From positions 1-46,890 of the forward strand of contig JYFJ02003044.1 of assembly GCA_000934665.2 (NCBI GenBank): a stretch of 46,890 nucleotides of DNA. Direction: 5' to 3'. The notes under the pieces were generated by a model. The model had not been told where the DNA came from, made no database searches, and saw only the letters and a list, made by a program, of their open reading frames with translations. The DNA comes from Catajapyx aquilonaris. Lineage: Eukaryota. Made by a program: the position numbers and the translations under genes. Of the stretch, positions 35,772 to 46,890 are shown one piece after another; position 1 is the stretch's first letter, and every line of letters starts with the position of its first letter.

Positions 35772-37009
35772 ATGGAGCGATTCGGGATTCTGGTTTTTGT
35801 GGCATTGGCATTGTGCAGTGTCGGTAAGTGCAATAATCTTGACATATTATGTAAGATAACAACCTGAGGGGAAAAAATCATTATCCTTTTCATATAACAC
35901 AGGCCATGTTCGATAGGTCTCATGCTTCGATGTCATTCCCCAGCAGATTGATTTACACCTAATAATCGAAACATGCTTCTTACGTCAGGTTACTCCGTTG
36001 AAGTCAGCAGGAAGTGTTTAGGATGCATTTGCTACGCGAACACGCAGTGCAACTTCAATAGAGGATGCACCACATCCGCAATAGGAACAAAAATTTGTGG
36101 CGCGTTTCTCATGACCAAAAACTACTGGATAGACGGTGGACGCAGCACTGTCGAAGGCGATGACGCACAGAGCGACCAAGGTAATCTCTTATATCGTCTT
36201 CCAGCGATGCTGTGGATGCTGTGTGGATGTCAATTTTGTTTTCCAAGGCAAATAAATTAAGTGAATGATTGTTACAGACTGATAGGACAATTAAATCTCT
36301 GTATTTCATAAGCAACAATTCCGCTTAGGCATTGTGGAAATGATTAGATAATTTTCTAAAAAAATTATAATGCAGCCACTGATGGCACCCAAACAATTGT
36401 CCAGGCATTGCACAAGTGACCTTCACTGGCATGTCCACCAATGTTACAAAATTTCACGAAGAACTGCAGGGAGCATAGTCAGTATATATCCTATCTAGAT
36501 CATGCTACAGCGAGTTTGCCGACGCTTACTCTCAAATAGCAAAAAAAAAATCTCCAACTCCACAGGTGCACAGCACTTAGTCTTAAAATAATGAGTTATA
36601 TTGTTTTGTACCTTATCATAAAATACCGAAAGCCATTTACTGATGCAGTAACTCATGCACACAAAATCAAACCCCACATTGTTGCATTATTCTTTCAGCA
36701 TTTGAAAACTGTGTCAACAATGCTCGATGCGCTCGTCAAACCCTGAGAGGATACATGAATCGTTACAAAAGGGTAAGCAAAGCTCATTATATGAGATGTT
36801 AAATAGTGTGTGTAACAAAACAGCTCCAATAAAATATGTCTCATTGAGCACAGGACTGCAACGGTGATGGAAAGATCAACTGTGAAGATTACGCCAGAAT
36901 TCACGGCTTTGGACCTAGCGGTTGCAGAAACCCATCCATACTGACACACACGTATTATAAAGCGTACAGTGCTTGTAGAGATGACTTAACTTTCACTGAA
37001 GAGGACTGA
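35772..37009 (+). CDS. i-type lysozyme-like protein 2, 157 aa
   Basis: Exons 35772-35823, 35989-36180, 36699-36772, 36854-37009; same intron positions and phases as copy 1; CLGCICYANTQCN...YWIDGG...DCNGDGKINCEDYARIHGFGPSGC. AATAAA at 37276-37281. Confidence 0.93.
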
Positions 37010-37305
37010 ATTATTCATTTTATGAAGGGATGGGAAGATTCTTCATAACTAAAAGAGGGAATGAATTATATTATGAAATTAACCGTTGTCGAATTTGACA
37101 TTTTTGTGATATTTAGTTATTTGCCTGCTAATACTTTAATGCACATTGCATGTGAAATACTTATCTCATAGTTAAAGTTATGAGAAACTTATTACAACTT
37201 TATGAATAATGCTGCACCATATCATGCTCATTATACTGTACACTTTATCATACTGTACTCTATCATGTAGTGTACAATAAAAGCCGATAAACGTGTGAAC
37301 ATGTT

Positions 37306-37632
37306 TGTTTTTTTGCCTGTACCCCATTATCGGACCTTGGGCCCTTATTAGGGGAGTGGTATACCACTATTTTTTGGGAACCATATAATATATATATATA
37401 TTGTTCCAAGGTAAGTATAGGAGGGGATGTGCAAAGTGCAAGTGCGCTGTCGTTAATTGGTCATTTTGTGAACTCCCCCGGGTGGCTTAGTCTATCGGAT
37501 ATTGCCACCCGAAACGAAGCCAGAGATGGCCCAACTCTGCACGAAAGAAGGTGGGAACCCCGGGTGGGGATTGAACCCGGGACCTTAACTTCCGTGGGCG
37601 CGCGCGTTACCGCGGCGCCACTCCATCTCCCT
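37306..37632 (-). mobile_element. tRNA-derived SINE with target-site duplication
   Basis: Minus-strand head with A-box-like TGGCGCCGCGG and B-box GGTTCAATCCC; A-rich tail; flanked by an 18-bp direct repeat TAAACGTGTGAAC(a/c)TGTT at 37288-37305 and 37633-37650. Confidence 0.85.
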
Positions 37633-37924
37633 TAAACGTGTGAACCTGTTCTCTTATGTAGTACAGATTATTTATTTTAGAATTTTTAAGATATCCACAT
37701 CTGCTCATATAGGCTCAAAGCTGATCATATTATATTAACAACTTTGCTATTTATTTACATATTTACAGATAGATTATAATCTATTGGAAAAGATCATTAA
37801 TATCATATCAAGATCATTTAATATTGCGTGTCTATCGCTCTAGGAACTCTGCATCATTGTTGCTGCCGACAAGCTGACGAATATTATTAGGGCGTCCTTG
37901 AGTGTGACTTATCATTTTAGAGAA

Positions 37925-37985
37925 CCTGGCCACTTCCCGGAACACGATTACCGTTACGGGGGATAAAGACTGATGACCACAAACT
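37925..37985 (+). promoter_or_regulatory. Putative STAT/GATA/RUNX module upstream of lysozyme 3
   Basis: TTCCCGGAA (37934-37942), GATAA (37962-37966), TGACCACA (37974-37981); the gccacttcccgg and gatgaccacaa blocks are shared with the lysozyme 2 upstream region. Confidence 0.5.
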
Positions 37986-38100
37986 AAAAATATCGAGCTC
38001 TAAAAAAAAGGAGTAAAAGTCTCGCTATTACACTGCACATTTGATAATAATAAGGCATATTGAGAGAAGCTGATTCTGACACACACCTACCCACGAAGCA

Positions 38101-39070
38101 ATGTTATTGGAGAGATGTCAGATTCTGGTTTTTCTGTCGCTGGCATTATTCAGCGGTACTCGTAAGTGCAATGATATCGTGCTTTAGTGTGCCACATTTT
38201 GATTGGGTGAGCATGGAATGGCATTTAAATTGAATAAATCGTGGGCATGCGGGTGAAATCCACGAAGTCCTGGGATAAGTCGGAAGGTATAAAGTCTGCT
38301 TATGAAAGCAACTTTGCTCCAATTTCGATAATAAGTGCTGGGCCCATACTGAATTATTGTAACACCATTTGCACTGGTACTAAACCGGATACCTCATTAC
38401 ATTTCTCAGGTTGCGGGACTAAAGTCAGCAATAAGTGTCTAGCATGTATTTGTCACGCCATGACAAAGTGCAACTTCAATAGAGGATGCACAACTTCCCC
38501 AATAGGAACAAAAATTTGCGGCGTGTTTTTCATGACCAAACCTTACTGGACCGAAAGCGGACAAAACACTATCGAAGGCGACAACATCGACAGTGAACAA
38601 GGTAATCTCATTTAGGGTTTTAAATACCTCTGCATGCTGCAAGGAACGACTTCGTGGTTACTATTCCTAACACTGGTGAAGCACCAAATACACACCTATA
38701 CTATTGTGTAAAATACAAATAATAATTGTATAATATATATAGGCAATTATTTCAGCTTTTGAAAACTGTGCCAATGATGCTCGATGCGCTCGTCAAACCC
38801 TGAGAGGATACATGAATCGTTACAAAAGGGTAAGCAAAGCTCATATTATATGAGAGCTTAAAATAATAGCGTGTGTAACAAAACTGCTCCAATAAAATAT
38901 CTCATTGAGCACAGGACTGCAACGGTGATGGAAAGATCAACTGCGAAGATTACGCCCGAATACATGCCTTTGGACCTACCGGTTGCCGCGACTCATCCAG
39001 ACTTACACACAAGGTTTACAAAGAGTTCATCGCTTGTAGAGAGGACTTATCTCTCACTGATGATGACTGA
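38101..39070 (+). CDS. i-type lysozyme-like protein 3, 160 aa
   Basis: Exons 38101-38161, 38410-38601, 38756-38829, 38915-39070; CLACICHAMTKCN...PYWTESG...DCNGDGKINCEDYARIHAFGPTGC. Confidence 0.93.
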
Positions 39071-39124
39071 TGAAGTAGTGTACGTACGAGTGGTGCAATA
39101 TTTTGTGCTATCAATCTTGTAAAG

Positions 39125-39225
39125 TACAGGATGGTCCAACCCAAGAAGAAACATTGCTCACAGAAATTCTACTTATTTCTCTGTTTTTGGTCAGTTCTAT
39201 TTCTTCCTTGTTGGACCACCTGGTA
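39125..39225. mobile_element. Small TA-flanked MITE-like inverted-repeat element
   Basis: TA-CAGGATGGTCCAAC.CAAGAAGAAA ... TTTCTTCCTTGTTGGACCACCTGG-TA; imperfect TIRs of about 25 bp resembling Tc1/mariner ends. Confidence 0.5.
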
Positions 39226-40463
39226 TTTCAGAAATGAAAGGTTTATGCCCCGTATGTAGTTATGTTTTTTTCTTGTAACTGTCCTAACCGTAAATCTTGA
39301 CGCCTTTGTGCTGTTATACTTATAATTATGCCGATATCGTTGTACTGACTAGCTCATTGTTTATTATGACTCCCTGTGTGTACTACAAATTTCCCCTTCA
39401 ATCTTTTAAAAAGTAAAACAGATTTCTACCAGTGTATCGCTTTTACCCTGTTAATATTTCTTTGAAGTCCTGATTTGCAGAGTGACCATAATAGCAAATG
39501 AATCAGGTATTACGTTACGCAACCATCAAAACGTATACTTTCTGATGGTCAGCCAGTTGTCTACTAGACTACAAAGCCCCCCAAGAAAATATCTTTAAAA
39601 GTGCAAGTAAAGCAAGGGATCACAAAAGGGATGATGCCATCTTCAAACTCATATCAAACTAAGTTCAAAATAAAAAATAATTCAATCGCGAATCTTACTG
39701 CGAGTGAGTTTCTTTCTCCTTGCTGCAAAGTGTCTAGCTATGCAGGCCGGGTCTATGGACTCAGATTTCAAATGTCTGAAGGACATCTAGCCTGGATGCA
39801 TCTCATGCATTTTCCACTTGACCTATTGCCCATGATAGGCGACTCCTCAGACAAGCCGCAGGCAGATCCAGATCGACACTGCATTTTTCACTACCAGAAC
39901 GAGTCCTTCCTATTTTACCACGCTAGAAACAGCCAGAGTTGTACAGTATAATTTGAGTCAGTCTTTTCGGAAGCAATAATGTTTTTCTTCCCCTTTCGCA
40001 AGCTTTCCCATACAATACATTACCCGTCGTTAAAAGCAAGTCACGTATTTTTGCGACAGAACTGGCAAGCAACTGTCCTTCTGTCTGGCTGGAGCATAAT
40101 GCAGGTCTTGAGCAAACCGGTCGACGGCATTGGCAAGACAAAGCACCCCCAGTCTGTGTTGGATTCAAATGGGCCAAGAATCCCTTCACCCTTACCCCCC
40201 AGCATGACCAAACGTTTCAATTTAGCCGGGAGAGTCATTTCCATGTATCGTTGCGTCACTCGTAATATAGTCTATCTGATGTCTGAGTGTCTGGATATTA
40301 AGCGTCGACTCGATCGGCGGCAAGATGACACAGAGAAAAAGGGCCTAGTACCTGCAACTCAAAGGTTATTGTGGTTCAGCTCCGGTGCACGTTGGCCGTT
40401 CCCAGAAAACATAGGGAGACATTGGTTCAGAGAAGCTTCCAGATCAATTCGCTTCTTGAGAGT

Positions 40464-40545
40464 CACGTAAAGTTATTGTGATTTATTGGAAGTATATTTT
40501 GCAATTGCAAAATATACTTCCAATAAATCACAATAACTTTACGTG
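40464..40545. repeat. Perfect 82-bp palindrome (41-bp arms, no spacer)
   Basis: cacgtaaagttattgtgatttattggaagtatattttgcaa|ttgcaaaatatacttccaataaatcacaataactttacgtg; arms checked base by base. Confidence 0.97.
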
Positions 40546-42645
40546 TTGCGACATTCTAATAGCAATTTTATTCTAAATGCAGGTTATTTATAAGATAACG
40601 TTGCTTTATTTTATTTTAATTAATTATCGCAGAGGCTAATTCATACACTACGATGAAATTGTACAATGCAAATGTAATCTAAACTGTCGCGAATCAGAAG
40701 GTTTATGTATAGCTACTGCACTGTACCTTTGTATAAATTAATGAAAGCAATATTACTTGTAGTATCAGCCAGGGATTTAGTATCGGGTTTAGTATCACGC
40801 GGAGTGTCAGTTTTACGCGGAAAAGTAAGCAGATCATATTATGCTACAAAAGGTGATGTCTACTTTTTCTCAAGGGCACTTATTGTAAATTAAAATATTT
40901 AGCGTAGAATGTACAGTATTTTTTTAATCTACCACGTGAAAATTGGGAAGACAAATGAGTACTATACAGTAACAGGAATATCCTGCTCTCTAGACAACCT
41001 GACTGTCACGGGTGGTTGTGGGGTGGCATGGCCAACAGGATATTTCACAATGAGGCTTCATCAAACCTTAGCCACAGTGCGGCATAATGACGCCTTCCAG
41101 ACAAAAGTTACTCGTATTATTTAGAGAGCAGTTTGGTCTAGATGTTAAGGAGCTAATTACAGTAAATTTTTAAAAAAAACTGTTCCCTGCATATTTCTCC
41201 ATATCATAATGTTGCTTGAATAAGCACCTAGTTATCACTCAAAAACTCCCTCAATACTAAATGCGTGACAAAGCATTGACCCCGTCAGGGACAATGCAAA
41301 TGTCAAACTTGAAATCATCCTCCATATCTCGACATCACTCGATTGCGAACCTGATTGCTCTGCATTTCAGGTCTTTGAAATGACAAAACGAGGGCTGCGT
41401 ATGTGCCGTACGTTCGGGGTCCAGACGCTTGGCATGACGCAAGAGAAAGGCAGGTAAGTTGTTCTGCGCAAATGTTTCTCCTCCACTGAGTGACCTTGTG
41501 TGCCTCATTCTGGATGTGGCGCAGGCAATGTTGTCGGCGTCGGCTCGGTCCCAAAGCATTTCAAGTGGCCCATCTCGTTGTATTCAGTTATCGGAAAGCC
41601 AACGCAATACCATCCCTCCCCGCCCTCTACATACTAAGAGATTCCACCCAACGTCACAAGAAACATTTTCTCATGCCCCTGAAATTGTGACGATAACGTC
41701 AGGGTTAGGAATGAAGAGCAAGGTGGGTAGAGGGTGGTGATGATATACGTCGTCAAAATAGAAGTCGCGACTGTTGGCGGCTCCTCTGATATCTTGTTGT
41801 CGCCGTGTCTGTATGCAAATGAGATGGCAACCTGTGCGCAGGTATTTCGCGGATCTGTTTGTGAGATTTTGCAATGGTAGATCACTTTTGTCACAGTCCC
41901 TTTTCCTGTTTGGTAGTCAAGAGAAGGGGAATAATTCCTATGATGAAAGATATATCAAATGCTGACGTCAGGTACAATATTTCAAGTACACACAAAACTC
42001 GACCAACAATCATTCTATAGAATGAAACAACCAACCCGACCCTTAGTGGCCTGATATTATTAAAGATAACTTCAAGGATAAACTGGTCATCAGGAGATCA
42101 CTAATGTAGAGGTGTCCATTTGATATCCGAAGCCTTGTTCCCGAGAAAACAGGCTTCAAACATTAGGATTGTAAAATATCCTGGCCTGTGTGCAACCCTA
42201 TATATGTGCACCTTGCCTCTTTTTCCAAGTTCTCAGGCATCCTTCTACAGTATTTTTGCGCCTATAAAATATGAGGCGATAGGCTAAGTATGATGGCATT
42301 ATAACGTAAGGAAGCGGATCAGGACTGCCAGAAGTTAGTGGGTTCAAGTGTGTGTTACTATATCTTCTACATAGTTGATGGAAGCTTCTGGACAGTGCAA
42401 TCTTAACCTAGTGTCCTGTATGAAAAGGTCGATGGCGGAGGAGTTCGTTGAAGAAGGTAAACATATACTTGCAGATGTATTCGCAGAAAGCGCGGAATTT
42501 ATTGCAGAGCTGCAACATCAGGGAACTAATTCGACGAATTCAGTCATGTCCTTATCCTTATAACGTATTTATAATACTTGTACCTACGGGTCAGAGCCCC
42601 GTACCCACCGACTAGTTGGCGACTAGCCATACCTCTTCTTCTTCT

Positions 42646-42964
42646 TCTATAATATTAAAATCGAACGTAAGAAGTCGGGTTGCAAATCTCCCGCGTTCGA
42701 ATCAGCACCGTGCCGATTGAGGAACGCCAAAGTCAAAAACCCCTAGGACATCATAATAATTACGATTTACTTAGCCGTCAAAGGGTTAATATAAGGAGGG
42801 GGAAGGGGGAGGGGAGTAGATGATGCGGATAATATTGTTGGATGAGCATCATTAACACCATGGCCTACACCGCAGGCCGCATGTATAGAAAAAAGCGAGC
42901 TAAGCGAGTGGTTTTCTTTGCCTGCGCCGTAGAAAAATGTGAGCGAAGCGAGGGGTTTTTCTAG
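42646..42964 (+). mobile_element. Possible non-autonomous Helitron-like element
   Basis: Starts TCTATAATATTAAAA and ends ...GAGCGAAGCGAGGGGTTTTT-CTAG|T; both resemble arthropod Helitron termini. The 5' flanking base is not the expected A. Confidence 0.35.
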
Positions 42965-45900
42965 TATTTTATAACCTGCTATAGTTGACACCTGTTTAGA
43001 GAAGTCGCTCTGTTCCCCCCCAAAAAACCGTCATTCACCAATATGAAAATAAAATTCCTCATCAATCCAGAGTTTGTTGTAAACAGATTTGACTATTTTT
43101 TCCCCTCCCATTCCCGGAAATAAAAATACGATTGCAAACAAGACGTGTGTTTCATGTCAAGTGTTATCCCAGTAAGGTCATGCAAGTCACAGCATATCTG
43201 GTGATAGGCCAGCATTACATTTCGAGTGCGATTATTCCTGGTTTTGTAAGGCATTTTTTTACATTAGTTTATCTCTTAAAGTATGATTGAAATACGACTG
43301 CGACTACAGATTTGAAATTATTGGTTAGCTGAAGTTTCAAATGCAGCCATACCTTATGCTGTCATCAGATTTACATATTTGTCGTTCTTCAAGAACTTGG
43401 TATACGACTGAGTGGCTGCAACTAGGATTTAACTTATGCGGATTTCTTGAATAATTATATCCTGAACGCAGGCAACCAGTTGAGTTCAGTTGGGCATTCC
43501 AGTTTTCAAACAACTGAACAGTGATCCATGTCGTGGATGTTTTCATTCAAAAAACAAGCAATAAACAAGTAATAATAAAAAGTCTTACACACAAAGCGGA
43601 GGCACACTTTCGACAATAAGAGTTACAGAAGAGTAAGCAATTACGTATTTTCATGAGTCAACTTGTTATGAGCTGCTACATTATTGCCCTCGTGCTGCTT
43701 GAATACCAGTCTAGCGAATATATACTACAAGGAAATAATGATCTTGGAACAAAAGAACCTCATTGTATAAAATAATGTACGCTGTACTGATGTAATGGGA
43801 AGAGGATCATGATGATGACGCACGACTGGCGGCATTGGCACAAAAGCGAAAACAAGACGTATAAATGGTTCCTATACATGCCAAGTAAGTGATTCCGCAT
43901 GATGAGGAATAAGAGCAACAATGTTACGAAGACATTACAATATTATCGTCTGGTATTAATCTACATGTGTATTGATCGACTGTTGTTCCAAGGTTGTTGT
44001 CGTCATTTTGCGTTCGAGTGTGTGTACCGAAACTAGTCATTTCTTATCGGTCAGTGAAAAGGTTGGAGAAACAGGCCATTAAAGGGGCGCTAACATTACA
44101 ATTTTCTTCTGCAGGCCATGCATTTCAGACAGAAATGATTTGCAAATCCTACTTACAGGAGTAAAATTATGCTATTTCTAATATTCCCGCTCTTTCCCGT
44201 CAACATATTTAGTTGTGCATAATTTTCCGATTCGTCTTATTTTTAGACCGAAAATTTTGAGATATTTAGGCACTAGAAATACCTATAGTGAATTTGGGAA
44301 CAACGTATGTCTCCTCGCCATATCGCCATTTTGGTCCGGAGCAGATGATACTTCCACGTAGGCCCGGGTGTATGCAAGCAAATTAAGGACACTCTTCGAT
44401 ATACTGTACGAGTACAATATTAAAAAATGATACCGGCAGTGTGTAATAAGAGATTTTTTTCCTTGCAATTCGAACACTTGGAATTTTAACAACTTTGAAC
44501 ACTTTTTGCCTTGAAACACTATTTTACAGCCCTAAGGCTCAGTTCCTCTGGGCATTTCATACAGTATTGCCAAAATACGTATATCATGCATCCGAATATA
44601 ACATTTATGAATATTTGGCAATCAATCTATATAGACGCAAAATGGCCATTAATACTAGAGATATACCTAATGCAATAAAATGTCTGTGACATGAAAAGAT
44701 GGTATACCTCATACGGAAAATCTAATTGTACCGTATAATAAATTTTGCAGTACAATATTACGGTATTAAGTTATTTCCGAAGAAGTTCCACACATGCAAA
44801 AGGGGTTCTGAAGCACACATCCTGACATAAGGAAATTCAGATTGGGTTTGACACGACATGTCATGTAAGCAAATAATGTTTTCATAAAATCTCCTTCATT
44901 CCTCATTCATATGATATGGCAAAGTAAAAACTAATGCTTTTTAAGATATAAAATTCTATTCGATCAATCATTCACCTGGAAGTCATACGTCATTCGTCAC
45001 TGTAAGAGAAGCAATAACTCATATTAGTCATCACCTCTCCTTTACCTTGCCATGCCAACATTCTTGTTGTTGAGAAAATAATGACAATGCAGTAACCTTT
45101 AGAGTGTTGCCCAATTAGTTGAAGCAGAGTCTTCCAACAATGCCCTTCCCAAATCATGGTATACTGCTATCGGCAGGTCTCTGTTATTCTTTATATTGCA
45201 TGGACACTTGTCAGGCGATTACACCCGCAAAAGGACGCAGAAAGGTCGGAGGTCACTGTCCCTGCGTAAACAAACTATAGTGTGACGCAAATGCTTGGCC
45301 CGCCCCACTTCTGAATCTCTCTCGACAGAACCCGGTTTCGAAGAAGAATGTCTGCATCATCCTGCTCATCAACAGCCTTAATTATTATTAAGGGCATTGT
45401 GAGGGACTGCGCAATTGGCAAACCTTTTTTAAATCGCAATATCATAAATAAAGTGGTGCAACGTGACTTACCCCACATGCGCAATTAATTTACGTACTTA
45501 TGTCGTCTGCCATGCCTTATAATATTGTTGTTAATAATATAATTGTGACTGACAGCAACCAAGTTAGCAGTGACGCAGGTTGTTTTTTCTCTTGAAACCG
45601 CAGACTACTGCTTGTAAGCAGCACCTTTTCATCGAGGTGGTTTATGCTGGAGAGACTCCAGAAATATCTCAACCATAACAGTACCACTTCTAAGGTGCAG
45701 GAAGAATTTAAATAACAAACCATCACACACCTGAAAATGGGAGAACCAAAAGCTTGCCTTCAGATCAGATCGTTAGATATTGAGGCATACATGCATCAAG
45801 TAAAATTATTGTAAACAGTAAAGAAAAGCGTATTCAATTTAGAGGTCGTAATTATTTCGGAATTAAATGAATGATAATAATTATGATATTATGATGGAGG

Positions 45901-46890
45901 CATCCCATACGCATGCAATTCACATCGCTTTTACTTGTATGGTGAGATTTCTGTAACTTAAACATTTGAACATGTAAAGTAGAATCTATTTTTTAAATAT
46001 TTTCCTGTCAGGGTTGGCGAGTAATTATGTTTTTGATTTTAGGAGTCAACATTATTGACTGCATCTGGCCAGGGTTTTTCAAGTTATGAAGCCTATTTTC
46101 AAATGAGGGGTCCCAAATCAAAGGTAGCCAAGTCCATCATAAGAGATTAAATAAACAAAAACCGATGGTTACTTAACTTTCACCTGCACAATCTTGAAAT
46201 TTTTCACGTACATGTGTTGCCGCAGTTCAACTAAATAAATCTCCAACATGACATTTATGCTAGACATAATTACTGTATTCTGTATATCCCGCACAATTTT
46301 GGAATTTATACTTTTTATGTTGGCCTTACTTATTAGCACGACGCCTTCGAACCGGTTCTTTGTCAATATTGGGCCCCGACCTGACCTTTCTCCCACGATA
46401 CCACGCGCGCCACGTCTAGAACAAGGGCGCTTCATAAATTAAGAAACGCTGCTGTCCTCCACAATTTACTAGACACTTATTACCCTGTCTACCCTGTGTA
46501 AAATTCGCTGACTGAATGCGACCTTCCTCTTTAAAATCACGTAGAGAGCTGACCTTCCCGAAATAAAATAAAAAGTTCAACCTTCCTCGGCATTGTATAC
46601 TACCGACTTATGTGCGTAATTTCCTTAAAATTTGTGTCCGTTTTTGGACTACAACTAAAAGATGCAATTATTAGAGAACTAAATTCTATAGGTTCATGAG
46701 ACAAAATCAAATTCTAATGAATGGAGTACGTACAGTCGCCGACATATTGATTGAATCAGTTCCCTTGCGAGCCGATTTCGAACGTTATCCTGGCTATTCA
46801 GAGCAATCCCGCACAACATCTTGCGAAATCCAGTGAGGCGAAAGAGTAAGGTATTTAACAGTGTGAACGGTGGCAGACGTAGGGGGGGGG

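Noticed and set aside
37555..37632. tRNA gene
   Set aside because: A and B boxes are present but acceptor and anticodon stems do not pair; it is the SINE head.
42965..46890. Short ORFs in the right end (e.g. 46169-46435)
   Set aside because: AT-rich, no family motifs, no chain of phase-compatible exons found.

Overview
Eukaryotic (most likely arthropod) genomic DNA with short spliceosomal introns; no prokaryotic features. Exons were built by hand from GT/AG signals and phase checks; homologies are from recalled family motifs, not database searches. Left to right: (1) first coding exon of a probable CG9801-like PP2C-domain gene (minus; 1-8152 is probably its intron); (2) a strongly diverged condensin CAP-D2 (NCAPD2/Cnd1)-like gene (minus, 9799-15841), head-to-head with (3) a diverged CCDC113/CFAP263-like coiled-coil gene (plus, 16340-19851); (4) a complete WDR33 gene (minus, 8 coding exons, 885 aa) whose one very large intron follows a weak donor and holds two AATAAA clusters, suggesting autoregulatory intronic polyadenylation; (5) an immune-type cluster of three i-type lysozyme paralogues lacking the catalytic Glu/Asp, with a trypsin gene between them and kappaB/STAT/RUNX/GATA-like upstream motifs; (6) a tRNA-derived SINE with target-site duplication, small hairpin elements, a perfect 82-bp palindrome and a gene-poor right end.
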